Origin: Chitinophagales bacterium
GTDB lineage: Bacteria; Bacteroidota; Bacteroidia; Chitinophagales; UBA10324
DNA: 64,000 nucleotides
Assembly (NCBI GenBank): GCA_035638255.1
Contig: DASRAJ010000029.1
Coordinates: forward strand, 54,232-118,231
Direction: 5' to 3'
Shown: positions 20,546 through 29,873 of the stretch, in pieces
Numbering within the stretch: the stretch's first letter is position 1
Layout of the letters: every line of letters starts with the position of its first letter
Notes under the pieces: model-generated
Seen by the model: only the letters and a program-made list of their open reading frames with translations
Told to the model about the DNA's origin: nothing
Databases searched by the model: none
Program-made: the position numbers and the translations under genes

Positions 20546-22531
20546 CTACAAATCTTTGGGATCGGCTTCAAACAAAATCCAATCGCCGGCCTCAGCAATT
20601 TTTTTCAGAGGTTTTTCTTCAATTAGTTTTTTACCGGTTTTAAAAGCAGTGATCGCCGGCTCATAGTTGACCGGAGGCCAGCCGCCAAAACCAACAGTAT
20701 CTCTGTAATAAGACGAATTGTACAATATCAGAATGGGCTTACCATTCAACTTTGATCTTATATCAGGAGAATAATGTCCGTCGAGAAAAATTGACAATTC
20801 TTCCTTTGTAAATTCAGGTGGTGTTCTTCCCATGGAAGAAGCCATCATTGGCAGTCCCGTTTTTAAAGAGAAGCTCATGCACCCGGTAATAAAACCATCT
20901 TCCGCATCAATGGTGAGAGAATAATTTTCGGAACCGGCACAGAAATAAGGTACGGGAAGAAATGCCTGGTAGCTTTTCGCATCTAAGTGTTGTGTCAATC
21001 GCTCCACCGCTTCATGCACACCACCACGTTCGTAAAGATTAGGAGTCAGATAGTGAAATTTTTTGGTGAATTCAATTGCATTCTTTGCATCAGAAGCGAG
21101 TAAACAAAACAGCACAATCACCACAAAGCGTGCTGCAGCTTCGTGAAATTTATTCCATGCAAATACGATCAGGATCACCGCACCGAAATTCATTATCCAG
21201 AAAAAGAAATATGCAAATCGCGCAAGCACCCGGAATTGAGTTACCATCGGAGTGTACCAATGAAGATAGAACAGCGGATTCAGCATGTTATTGAACGTGA
21301 TGCCCGTGCCTGCAATTGAATAATATTCACCCAATGCCACTGATAGCCCAACGAGTGCCGTGATCAGCAGAAATCCCAGAACATTTCTGTTTGGATGAGT
21401 CTGAAAAATTTCTTTCCAGGGCAACCGGTATTTTGAATGCAGCAGCCATAGCACTGCACAGAGCGTAATAAAGTAGAGAAAAAAACTTCCGAGATAATAA
21501 TAAGAAGCATAGGGAATCGGTTCATCACTCTGAAAAAGATATTTCACGCGGAAGAATGAATAGGTGGTGAATAGTGAAGAAAAATTCAGCTTCCAGTTTA
21601 TCCATCCGTATCCTTCGGCGTGGTTGCTTCGCAGCGCATAATACCCGTCAACAGAGTAGATGATCAGAAATGAAATTCCGAATGAAAAAATAAATTGAAG
21701 AAAACCGGTGAGCCAGATTTTGATAAATACACGCCGGTGATACAACTCATTCACTCCCCACACAAAAAAGAAAATCGCGGAGCAAAATCCGAGTACGGCT
21801 AAATAATACAAGTGAATGAAGCCCGAAAAAACCTGCAGCAGAATGAGCAACGTGGTGTAGCGGAAAAATTTGCGATCGCGGCTGTGCACAAAAATTTTTA
21901 TCAGCAACAGTATGGCGGCAAGCACAATCATGGAAAGCGATAAGTTGCTTGCGCCCGCATTGATGATGATGGATTGCGGATTGATCCATGCAAAGCAGAA
22001 TGAAGCGAAGAAGTTAATGAAGCGGTGAGAAGAAAAATAACTGACGATCTGAAAAATTAAAACAGCAGAAACAGGAATGGAAAGCGCCATGAACCAATTG
22101 TAGATTGGCAAAGCATACGGGGTGAGATCAACGATGTAATGCGAGATGATTTTTACGAGGAATGCAATCAGGGGTGTGTTGTCAGTGTAAAAGATATAAT
22201 CACCGAAGGGATAATTCATCCCGCTGAATCGAAACAGTCCAGATGAAAAATCCTGGTGCAGGTAGAACAGGTACGCATAGTAGTTGCGCATTTGATCATA
22301 CATGTGATAGAGTAAAAACTCAGAAGGACGAAACAGCACCATGTTGAGTGCATACACAACGGAAGCGAGTGTGATGAAAAATAAAATAAGTGAAAGATGC
22401 CGCTCACCATAATTTTTTCCGAAGCTGTAAATGTTTGAAAGGCTGTATTGGCGCATGAGAGGTCGTCGGTCAAAAATAGCTGAATCGGAAAAATGTAAGA
22501 GCGATACCGGAATTGTATTTTTGACGCTCAC
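20546..22531 (-). CDS. large polytopic membrane protein (GT-C/YfhO-like glycosyltransferase fold suspected)
   Basis: 661 aa with about 12 or more hydrophobic helices followed by a soluble C-terminal domain. I can read no diagnostic motif. Confidence 0.4.
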   Translation of the reverse strand: MSVKNTIPVSLLHFSDSAIFDRRPLMRQYSLSNIYSFGKNYGERHLSLILFFITLASVVYALNMVLFRPSEFLLYHMYDQMRNYYAYLFYLHQDFSSGLFRFSGMNYPFGDYIFYTDNTPLIAFLVKIISHYIVDLTPYALPIYNWFMALSIPVSAVLIFQIVSYFSSHRFINFFASFCFAWINPQSIIINAGASNLSLSMIVLAAILLLIKIFVHSRDRKFFRYTTLLILLQVFSGFIHLYYLAVLGFCSAIFFFVWGVNELYHRRVFIKIWLTGFLQFIFSFGISFLIIYSVDGYYALRSNHAEGYGWINWKLNFSSLFTTYSFFRVKYLFQSDEPIPYASYYYLGSFFLYFITLCAVLWLLHSKYRLPWKEIFQTHPNRNVLGFLLITALVGLSVALGEYYSIAGTGITFNNMLNPLFYLHWYTPMVTQFRVLARFAYFFFWIMNFGAVILIVFAWNKFHEAAARFVVIVLFCLLASDAKNAIEFTKKFHYLTPNLYERGGVHEAVERLTQHLDAKSYQAFLPVPYFCAGSENYSLTIDAEDGFITGCMSFSLKTGLPMMASSMGRTPPEFTKEELSIFLDGHYSPDIRSKLNGKPILILYNSSYYRDTVGFGGWPPVNYEPAITAFKTGKKLIEEKPLKKIAEAGDWILFEADPKDL

Positions 22532-22540
22532 CCCCTTTCA

Positions 22541-23395
22541 ATGAATCCGCTCAAGTCCGTTTACAGATTTCTTTCACCAAAATATCAAACGCTTTTCCTT
22601 GAATACAGGACTGAATTCAAACCGCGATACGGACACGGGAACCCGGCTCACTCGATGCTTCAGAGCATGATCAGCAACAAGCGGCAAGAATATGAAAATG
22701 TGCTGAAGAGTTTTCTTCAATTCACTGAAGTGTTTCATCAGATCAAAACAAGTGACCGGGAAACCCGCGACGATGAGCCGCGATGGAATAATGGCTATCT
22801 GCCCGGGCTTGATATCATTGCATTGTACGGCCTCATGGCAATACGGAAACCAAAATTGTACATTGAAATCGGATCGGGGAATTCGACCATGGTAGCCCGC
22901 AAAGCCATAAGAGATAATAAGCTCGATTGCAAAATCATTTCCATTGATCCTTCCCCGCGCGCGTCAATTGATCAGTTGACAGATACCGTGATAAGAAAGC
23001 CCATTGAAAATTTAACGGACTTCAGTTTCATTAATGACCTGAATGAAAATGATATTCTTTTCATTGATAATTCGCACCGTTGCCTTCCCAATTCAGATGT
23101 AACCGTTTGCTTCCTCGAAATTATTCCGGGGCTCCGCAAAGGTGTGATGATTCATTTGCACGATATCTACCTGCCGTACGATTATCCGCAATTCATGTGT
23201 GACCGTTTTTACTCAGAGCAATATTTACTGGCGACCATGCTCCTGAGTGCTCCTGAAAAATTTACCATACTTCTGCCGAATTTTTTCATCAGTGAGGATG
23301 AGGAGTTGAGCAAAATTCTTTTACCGGTTTGGGAGCATCCCAATTTAAAAACCGTAGAGCGGCATGGGGGATCATTTTGGTTTGTGAAGAATTGA
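22541..23395 (+). CDS. class I SAM-dependent methyltransferase-like protein
   Basis: 284 aa. YIEIGSGNSTMVARKAI resembles SAM-binding motif I (E/D-x-G-x-G-x-G), and the acidic ISIDPSP follows at the motif II distance. Confidence 0.5.
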   Translation: MNPLKSVYRFLSPKYQTLFLEYRTEFKPRYGHGNPAHSMLQSMISNKRQEYENVLKSFLQFTEVFHQIKTSDRETRDDEPRWNNGYLPGLDIIALYGLMAIRKPKLYIEIGSGNSTMVARKAIRDNKLDCKIISIDPSPRASIDQLTDTVIRKPIENLTDFSFINDLNENDILFIDNSHRCLPNSDVTVCFLEIIPGLRKGVMIHLHDIYLPYDYPQFMCDRFYSEQYLLATMLLSAPEKFTILLPNFFISEDEELSKILLPVWEHPNLKTVERHGGSFWFVKN

Positions 23396-23403
23396 AAGAC
23401 ACT

Positions 23404-26103
23404 TCACATGACCACAATTTTCCCTGACCATAATCTGTTGTTTTCTTTCACCGTGATAAAATAAATTCCTTGAGAAAGGAAAGGGGGAACTTCTAAACCA
23501 ATTGAATTTGATTTAGTTTTAAAAAATTGATTGAGCAGTTTTTCTCCCTGCAAATCTGAGATTGAAATCTGAACTTCATTATTTGTTTGCGGTAGAACAA
23601 GATTCAGCGTGCTTCCTCTTGAGACAGGATTCGGAAAAATTTTCATCGATTGATTCATCGCTTCATTATTAGCAGATAATATCAACGAGCTATCGAAAAT
23701 AAGGATGGAGGAAGAATAAGGTTGTAATGTAATAGAGCCGGTGACTTGGACCTGATCAAGGTTGTAAAAGACGCTGTCACCCAAATCAAAAGTTGTAATT
23801 GCGTCCATTGTATTCACAAACAATCTTGATTTCTTTTCCGGAGTTTCCAAAATAGCACTCACTGGAAACAACGTAATGTTATCCAGCCAAACTATTGAGT
23901 CTATCCCACTAAGTGTGAGAGCGAGTTGACAGTTTGAGCAACTCTTAAAGGGCTGAAAAATAGTGTTGTAATCATGACGAGAGCTATCAAATGGAAATGC
24001 TTGTGGTGTCACGACATAGAGATAGTCATTTACAATATCTTTGATTTTGATTTCAGTGTTCCCTTCTTTTATCGAGTAATTACTGAGATGTAGCTGGTAT
24101 AACTTTGATGAATCCAGCGGAAATCCTGTGAAGAAAACATAACCATGGCTATCAGGAAGCGCATAGAGAAAACTTAGTTTGAGACAACCAAAATCAAGAG
24201 TTACTGAATTATCCAGAAGCATCTGCATGAAGTCAGGACTTCTATAAGCCCATCCATCGAAATTATTCGTGAAGAAACTATTGGTGATCAGATTATCATT
24301 AAGGGTGTCTGTTACTTTAAAACGACTGCGATAGAAAAACGTGCTATGAGAGTTTTCATCCTGTCCACTCTCGTTTTGCCATTGATGCAATGTGCGGTAT
24401 ATCGGAAACTCTATACCACTCTGAGCAAGTTCTTTTTTTACAACATGATAGGCGTATGGATTGAAATAGTAGTTGCTATCACAAGAAGCTGGATTGAAAG
24501 AATTAAAATCAGAAGTCATCTTCGAAACATCGGCAATTTCATTTAGAGAAAAGAATGTATTGCTTCTTACTATATTTCCTATTGTACTTCCCTGCAAATT
24601 CCCTTCAACAAATTTCAACTGGCTTTCAGTACACCCATAAACTACATTGTGCCGAAGGATATTATCGGAAGAGTTATTTGAAACCAAAATTCCCGAAGTG
24701 GCATAAGCGACGGTATTGCTGTCAAAAATATTTTCAGTTGCAGACTGATCAGCATAGATACCTGCAGCATTTAAATCGGTTACAGGTTCTCCGGCTGTAC
24801 TTCCTATCGTGTGCAATACGATATTGTTCTTAAATACAGAAGCATGAGTCAAGGCCCCGTATAAATAAATACCTCCTAACGAATTCAAATTAAGGAGACA
24901 ATAGCTCAAAATATTTTTTGAGATCAGAGAGTTGTTCATGCCGCAAAAAATTCCAATGCTGCCAATGGAGTCAATAACATTTTGTGAAATCGTGACGCTG
25001 TCAGAATTGAAGCATTCGATCCCATCCATGTTGTCTACAGAAATATAAAATCCATAGCCGGGAATAAGTCCGATTTTACGAATCACGTTTAAAGAGATGT
25101 TTGCGCGATGGGCGTTGTTGGCAGAAAGGGCAATGCCATTGATATCAGCAAAATTATTTTGCACGACTGAGCAATCAGTAGAACCTGCAGAAATCAAAAC
25201 ACCGGTTTTATCCTGCAATCGAAACCCACAATTGGAGATTGAAATATTCAGGCAGGATTGTTCGACAAAAATCCCCGAAGTCTTCTGCTTTTCAAACCGG
25301 ATGTTTTCAATGGTAAAGTAACTTCCGTTTTCGATCCACATTCCATAATCGTAAACTGATGCTCCCGTGTTCATTGAAGAAGGGTCAGCATTTCCCGGCG
25401 CAATAAAATACAGTTCCTGATTTGCAGAGTCATAAAACCATTCATTCGCGGTGTCAATCAATGAGAAGAGATTATCGAAGAAGTAGCCGAAATATCCGCC
25501 GATGGAATTGTAATTGGCGGATGAAAAAATAATGGTGTCATTCGAAAATGAGTCTACCGTATTTACCTCCCAGCGACGATCCGACGTGCGCATGCGAATA
25601 GTCGCTCCATTCCAAAAGTCATTGGGTTGCGTAAGCGAAGTATCAATGAATCCGATATTGCCGACTCCATCCTGGTGAATGAGATACCCGCTGTTAGGGT
25701 ACCGCGCAATCGTCATCTGCTTATCATCAGCAAAAAGATGAGCCGGAGTTTGTGTGAAGGCGGCACGGTACATATTTCCAAGATAAAGGTTCCAGCCACT
25801 TACTGGTTCCGCTCCGGAGATCACAGGCAAATTTCCACTCCCGTATTTCCCGAAATAAATTTTTGCAGCATCATTACCGCCGCTGGTCACGACAATTTCT
25901 CCCCTGAAAATACTTCCGCACTCAAAAAAAATACTGTCGCCCGGTTGGTATAAAATTGAGTTGAGTTGATCAATCGTTTGCCATGCATCAGAAGGTGAAG
26001 TACCGCTGTTTGAGTCACTGCCGTTGTTTGATAAATAGTAATTTGTTGCAAAACCCGGTGTGCATACCCCGAGAGAAAGAATTAGCGACAAAATTTTTTT
26101 CAT
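23404..26103 (-). CDS. right-handed beta-helix repeat protein with T9SS C-terminal sorting domain
   Basis: 899 aa with a signal peptide. Many short N/G/I-rich repeats are typical of parallel beta-helix (pectate-lyase-like) folds. The C-terminus KIFPNPVSRGSTLNL...GIYFITVKENNRLWSGKIVVM is a type A T9SS CTD. Confidence 0.75.
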   Translation of the reverse strand: MKKILSLILSLGVCTPGFATNYYLSNNGSDSNSGTSPSDAWQTIDQLNSILYQPGDSIFFECGSIFRGEIVVTSGGNDAAKIYFGKYGSGNLPVISGAEPVSGWNLYLGNMYRAAFTQTPAHLFADDKQMTIARYPNSGYLIHQDGVGNIGFIDTSLTQPNDFWNGATIRMRTSDRRWEVNTVDSFSNDTIIFSSANYNSIGGYFGYFFDNLFSLIDTANEWFYDSANQELYFIAPGNADPSSMNTGASVYDYGMWIENGSYFTIENIRFEKQKTSGIFVEQSCLNISISNCGFRLQDKTGVLISAGSTDCSVVQNNFADINGIALSANNAHRANISLNVIRKIGLIPGYGFYISVDNMDGIECFNSDSVTISQNVIDSIGSIGIFCGMNNSLISKNILSYCLLNLNSLGGIYLYGALTHASVFKNNIVLHTIGSTAGEPVTDLNAAGIYADQSATENIFDSNTVAYATSGILVSNNSSDNILRHNVVYGCTESQLKFVEGNLQGSTIGNIVRSNTFFSLNEIADVSKMTSDFNSFNPASCDSNYYFNPYAYHVVKKELAQSGIEFPIYRTLHQWQNESGQDENSHSTFFYRSRFKVTDTLNDNLITNSFFTNNFDGWAYRSPDFMQMLLDNSVTLDFGCLKLSFLYALPDSHGYVFFTGFPLDSSKLYQLHLSNYSIKEGNTEIKIKDIVNDYLYVVTPQAFPFDSSRHDYNTIFQPFKSCSNCQLALTLSGIDSIVWLDNITLFPVSAILETPEKKSRLFVNTMDAITTFDLGDSVFYNLDQVQVTGSITLQPYSSSILIFDSSLILSANNEAMNQSMKIFPNPVSRGSTLNLVLPQTNNEVQISISDLQGEKLLNQFFKTKSNSIGLEVPPFLSQGIYFITVKENNRLWSGKIVVM

Positions 26104-26221
26104 GAAATGAATTGTGAAAGCTCAAAGAAATCAAAAATACAAATTTCAGAAGTGCGATGAGTGATCATCGCGTGAGGAAATCAAAGGACGAAGAAATTGT
26201 CGCAGACAATGATCGAATCAA

Positions 26222-27610
26222 TTATTCTTTGTTCCATTTTCCGAATTGTCTTTTCAATCCATTCACAATTTGATTTTGATACTGAGTCAAAACAATCAAA
26301 GGTATAAGCCACGCAATTCGGGTTTGATAACGATCATCATGTTCACTTGCAAGAGTGCCTGTAATCATTGCGTTCAGTATCAGAGCCAAAATAATGAACT
26401 GTGCAAGCGATATGAAGCGTTGGCTAAGAGACGAAAATAAATTTGGTGTGCTCAAATTTAAAAGCAAGATTAACAGGGTGCCGAAAACGAAAATTCTTTG
26501 AATAATAGCCAATAGCGAAAAGTCCAATTGATTGCCCTGTTGTTTTGATGTTCTCCATTGATTGAATTCAGTGCGATCCTCCATTTCAATCCTGAAATAT
26601 GGACTTGAATTCTCATCATAACGTTGAATTCCTGTACCTGCATCTAATCTGAATAAATTAATAGAAGCTCCTTTTAAAGAGAGCAATGCGAACTCGAGCG
26701 GGTAGGTTTCAACTACTCGAAAACTTATCTTATTGCAAGCAGACAATGTTGAATCGAGGCCCAATTCATTTACCGGCGATGTTTTTCCGTAAAGAAACTC
26801 AGGACCCCATACCGGCAGTTGATCTTTGAAGTGACAGAGGGGGTTGGGATCCTCAGAGCAGTGTGCATCAAGATATTTTTTCAGTAAGCCGTCTTCAACA
26901 AACTTGCTACAGAGCAATATTCCAGAGCCATTGCTGAAATAAAATTTTCCATCCTTGAAGTAGTTAAAGCAAGGAACGAAGACAATAGACAGGGTTACAA
27001 CAGTCAATGCCAGCATCAATCTTCGCCAGGCAACCTGGAGAAAAGCAATTTTAACATGAAATAATTTGGCTGATAGAATGAAAGCAACTAATGCAAGAGC
27101 GAGCATAAAGTGTGAGAAGTGCACAAGGCATGAAAAGAAAACAATGGCAGAATAAAAAATCATTTCTCCAATCTTAGCCGAAGAGTCAAAAAGCAGCAAC
27201 GCTGCAGACAAAAGCAGGAGCGGAGTAAAAACATCAGTCATGATCTGGCTAGAAAACCATGCAACGGTTGTGAAGGCAGTAAGAACAATAATTGTCAGGT
27301 AAAACCCGAGCCATGAAAACCCGGAGGAAAATTTCTGCATCGTCTTCCAGATCATCAGTGCAAGCAAAATATTCTGGGAGAATGCTACGAACCATAAGGA
27401 GCGATAGACATCCGTCCAATTAATAAAATAGCCGTAGAATACCGGGCGATCCATGGGGGTAAGATTGTCAATAGCCGATTGAATGTAAGTACCGGAGTCA
27501 GAATTAATAATTGGGAATCTATTCCAAAGAGCAGGGTACATGAGTATTAAAGCTCCGCCCAAAATATTAAGTACTTGAAGTAGGATTGCTCGGGAATTTT
27601 TTTTAAACAT
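26222..27610 (-). CDS. polytopic membrane protein, function unknown
   Basis: 462 aa with about 9-10 hydrophobic helices and a central soluble loop. No motif recognised. Confidence 0.4.
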   Translation of the reverse strand: MFKKNSRAILLQVLNILGGALILMYPALWNRFPIINSDSGTYIQSAIDNLTPMDRPVFYGYFINWTDVYRSLWFVAFSQNILLALMIWKTMQKFSSGFSWLGFYLTIIVLTAFTTVAWFSSQIMTDVFTPLLLLSAALLLFDSSAKIGEMIFYSAIVFFSCLVHFSHFMLALALVAFILSAKLFHVKIAFLQVAWRRLMLALTVVTLSIVFVPCFNYFKDGKFYFSNGSGILLCSKFVEDGLLKKYLDAHCSEDPNPLCHFKDQLPVWGPEFLYGKTSPVNELGLDSTLSACNKISFRVVETYPLEFALLSLKGASINLFRLDAGTGIQRYDENSSPYFRIEMEDRTEFNQWRTSKQQGNQLDFSLLAIIQRIFVFGTLLILLLNLSTPNLFSSLSQRFISLAQFIILALILNAMITGTLASEHDDRYQTRIAWLIPLIVLTQYQNQIVNGLKRQFGKWNKE

Positions 27611-27706
27611 AAAAATAAGGTCAAGTCAAAGCTATTTTCTTAGTACACAAATTCAAGTTCACATATCATGCTACTTAGTTGTAAAAGGAATTGAATTTTT
27701 TTTAGC

Positions 27707-27948
27707 TCAACTGTGAACAAATATCTGCTCTTTATTCAGCAGCGGCAGATTTTTAAAGCGCAACATCAACTGCGCCACCGTGACCACATCACGCTGGCAA
27801 TATTCAACGATGCGCTGCAGATTTTTTTCTCTCCAGTAAACTCTTCCCACATCTTTGCCGTCAATGTCATTCTTGGGTGAATCAATGCCGAGAATTAAAG
27901 CAAGAAGTTTGAGCGAAGTGAAATGTTTGATGTCGCCAAAACGCCATA
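27707..27948 (-). pseudogene. orphaned 3' end of a 3'-5' exonuclease gene (displaced by island insertion)
   Basis: It encodes ...LWRFGDIKHFTSLKLLALILGIDSPKNDIDGKDVGRVYWREKNLQRIVEYCQRDVVTVAQL.... By manual alignment, 63 of 80 residues are identical to the C-terminus of the intact gene at 47,529-48,254. Homology stops abruptly at ...cgccata (27,948). No N-terminal exonuclease motifs are present. Confidence 0.8.
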
Positions 27949-29508
27949 GTTCTGTTGCCATTTTCCGGTAATTGGTTGGGCTGTGGTGTTCTGTTTCGTT
28001 TTGGTTCCAAATGTCGGTGTTAAAGTGGTATTTGATGAATTATTTGAGTTGTTTGGCTTCGGTGCTTTTGAAGGCAGATAGGAGAGTTTTACGTAAATAT
28101 CTTCCTTCCCGACAACGATCTTTTCTGTGATGATTTCAATGATGGTTCTCTTTTCCTCAAAGGCGAGGCTGTTCCAATGGCTGTACAAATCCTTCGCATC
28201 CTGAACCACAGTATCAGAACTCAAGTGTTGGATTTTTAAGAAATCAACTTCAGCTTGCAGTTCAGGAAGCTGATTGAGAATTTGCAGCATTCGCTCTTCA
28301 AGAGGTCGGTAATGTTCTGCGAAAACTTCTTTCGTCATTTCACCGCCGCTCCGCATATCAATTAAGTTATCCATTTTTTTCTTGAGAACATCTTTTTCTT
28401 TTTCGACGACTTCAACGAGTTTCTTTTTCTCCTGCAAGGAAGCATCAATTTTTTCAAGGTATCCTGAAACGTCAGTGTCTGTAAGAAGGAATGTCTTTAA
28501 CTGCTCGTGAAAAATTTCATCTAAGTCTTCTGCAGCGATTCTGTTTTTGCAGTCCTTACAGGTGTACGCTGGTGAAAGTGTCTGATGAAAAACATACATT
28601 TTCTTTCCGCAGGTACAATATACAAAACCTGCAAGCAAATGTTTGGGTCGGGGACCAAGTGCCTTGTGCTTGTTTTCTTGTTCGTCCAGGATTCGGTTGC
28701 ATTCATTCCACAACTCTTCTGAGACAATTGCAGGACATGCATGAATGACCCACTCCGAAACAGGTTTGTATTCCCACTTCTTTCCAACCGAATGAGAAGT
28801 GTAGTTAGATCGCCGTTCTCCTTTGGCAATCGGGTCACGCAACAATCGCACAACAGTGCTATCAGAGAACTCTGAGCCATTACGTGTTCGATACCCTTGC
28901 TCATTGAGAAGCCGAGCAACTGTTTTCTTTCGCTTGTGTTTCAAGAAAAGTTCATACACTAACTTTCTTATCGGCGCTTCCTTTTCAACAATCACTATTT
29001 CTTTATTTTCCCAACGGTAGCCAAGTGAAGGTTGACCCCCAATTTGTTTTCCAAGCTTCGCGCGAATTGGTATTGAGGCAGCAACACGAGATGCAATTTC
29101 TTCGCGTTCCCATTGAGCCATTGCGGCAATCATTGTGTAGAAGAGACGACCAGCAGGAGTGCTAGTATCAATTGCTTCCTGTAAAGAAATCAAGTCCGCA
29201 CCTTCTACTTCAAAGATGTCTGCGAACTCAAGAAGTTCTTTTGTGTTGCGAGCAAGACGAGCCAGTTTGGAAAAAATGAGTCCGGTGATTTTTTTCTCTC
29301 TGATGTCTTTCAACATCTCTTTCGTTTGCGGATAGTGCATCACTGATTTCCCAGAGAGAGCTTCAAGATGATACACTTCCTTTACGTCCCATCCTTTCGC
29401 TTCAGCGTACAGGCGAGCACGTTTCTCATGATGTTCAGGCGATTCTCCCCTGGCTTGATCTTCCGTGGAAACCCGAATCCAGATTCCGACTGCTTTTTTA
29501 TTTTCCAT
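27895..29508 (-). CDS. large serine recombinase (integrase of island 1)
   Basis: MENKKAVGIWIRVSTEDQ...GESPEHH is the resolvase/invertase N-terminal catalytic domain (Ser in RVST). A recombinase domain, a zinc-ribbon-like C..C...C..C (CTCGKKMY...YTCKDCKNR) and a coiled coil follow. I chose the internal Met at 29508. The last ~18 codons cross the attL junction into host sequence. Confidence 0.9.
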   Translation of the reverse strand: MENKKAVGIWIRVSTEDQARGESPEHHEKRARLYAEAKGWDVKEVYHLEALSGKSVMHYPQTKEMLKDIREKKITGLIFSKLARLARNTKELLEFADIFEVEGADLISLQEAIDTSTPAGRLFYTMIAAMAQWEREEIASRVAASIPIRAKLGKQIGGQPSLGYRWENKEIVIVEKEAPIRKLVYELFLKHKRKKTVARLLNEQGYRTRNGSEFSDSTVVRLLRDPIAKGERRSNYTSHSVGKKWEYKPVSEWVIHACPAIVSEELWNECNRILDEQENKHKALGPRPKHLLAGFVYCTCGKKMYVFHQTLSPAYTCKDCKNRIAAEDLDEIFHEQLKTFLLTDTDVSGYLEKIDASLQEKKKLVEVVEKEKDVLKKKMDNLIDMRSGGEMTKEVFAEHYRPLEERMLQILNQLPELQAEVDFLKIQHLSSDTVVQDAKDLYSHWNSLAFEEKRTIIEIITEKIVVGKEDIYVKLSYLPSKAPKPNNSNNSSNTTLTPTFGTKTKQNTTAQPITGKWQQNYGVLATSNISLRSNFLL

Positions 29509-29527
29509 TGTAGTGCAGTTATGAAAA

Positions 29528-29695
29528 TTATTTGATTGCAGTTTTCTTTTTCTCTTTCTCATCCTCTACAACTTTCTCAAGTTGATAACGAATGAAGTCA
29601 CTAAGCTTTCTTTTATGCTCGTCTGCTAACTTTTGCAATGACTTTCTCAAAGTCTTTGACATCCGTATTAGAATCTGTGTATCGAGGGTCTCCAT
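29528..29695 (-). CDS. small ribbon-helix-helix (CopG/Arc-like) protein, 55 aa (not in ORF track)
   Basis: Translated by hand: METLDTQILIRMSKTLRKSLQKLADEHKRKLSDFIRYQLEKVVEDEKEKKKTAIK. This is a beta-strand/helix/helix RHH pattern. The ORF ends 20 nt upstream of the recombinase ATG on the same strand. Confidence 0.5.
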   Translation of the reverse strand: METLDTQILIRMSKTLRKSLQKLADEHKRKLSDFIRYQLEKVVEDEKEKKKTAIK

Positions 29696-29728
29696 AAACT
29701 AATGTAATTTTTAAAGCAAATTTACAAT

Positions 29729-29850
29729 GCATATCAATGATATGCAAACGATTTGTCGAAAAATGTTTTCAACATTAGTAGGCAAAAAGCATTGCAAAAC
29801 AAATCTCGTAGAATTCTATTGACTGGTTACATTTGAGTTGTTTTGCAATG
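29729..29850. promoter_or_regulatory. candidate operator region between the RHH/recombinase genes and the six-gene operon
   Basis: A perfect palindrome gcatatca-a-tgatatgc lies at 29,729-29,745. A perfect 13-bp inverted repeat cattgcaaaacaa (29,790-29,802) / ttgttttgcaatg (29,838-29,850) is separated by 35 bp. A further tttgcaat lies at 29,873-29,880. Confidence 0.4.
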
Positions 29851-29873
29851 ATACTGGTACTTAATAACTTTCT

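Noticed and set aside
27707-27961. 84-aa ORF as an intact small gene.
   Set aside because: It is the C-terminal 80 residues of the exonuclease with an accidental Met. It lacks the Exo I and II motifs and overlaps the recombinase 3' end, so I called it a displaced gene fragment.
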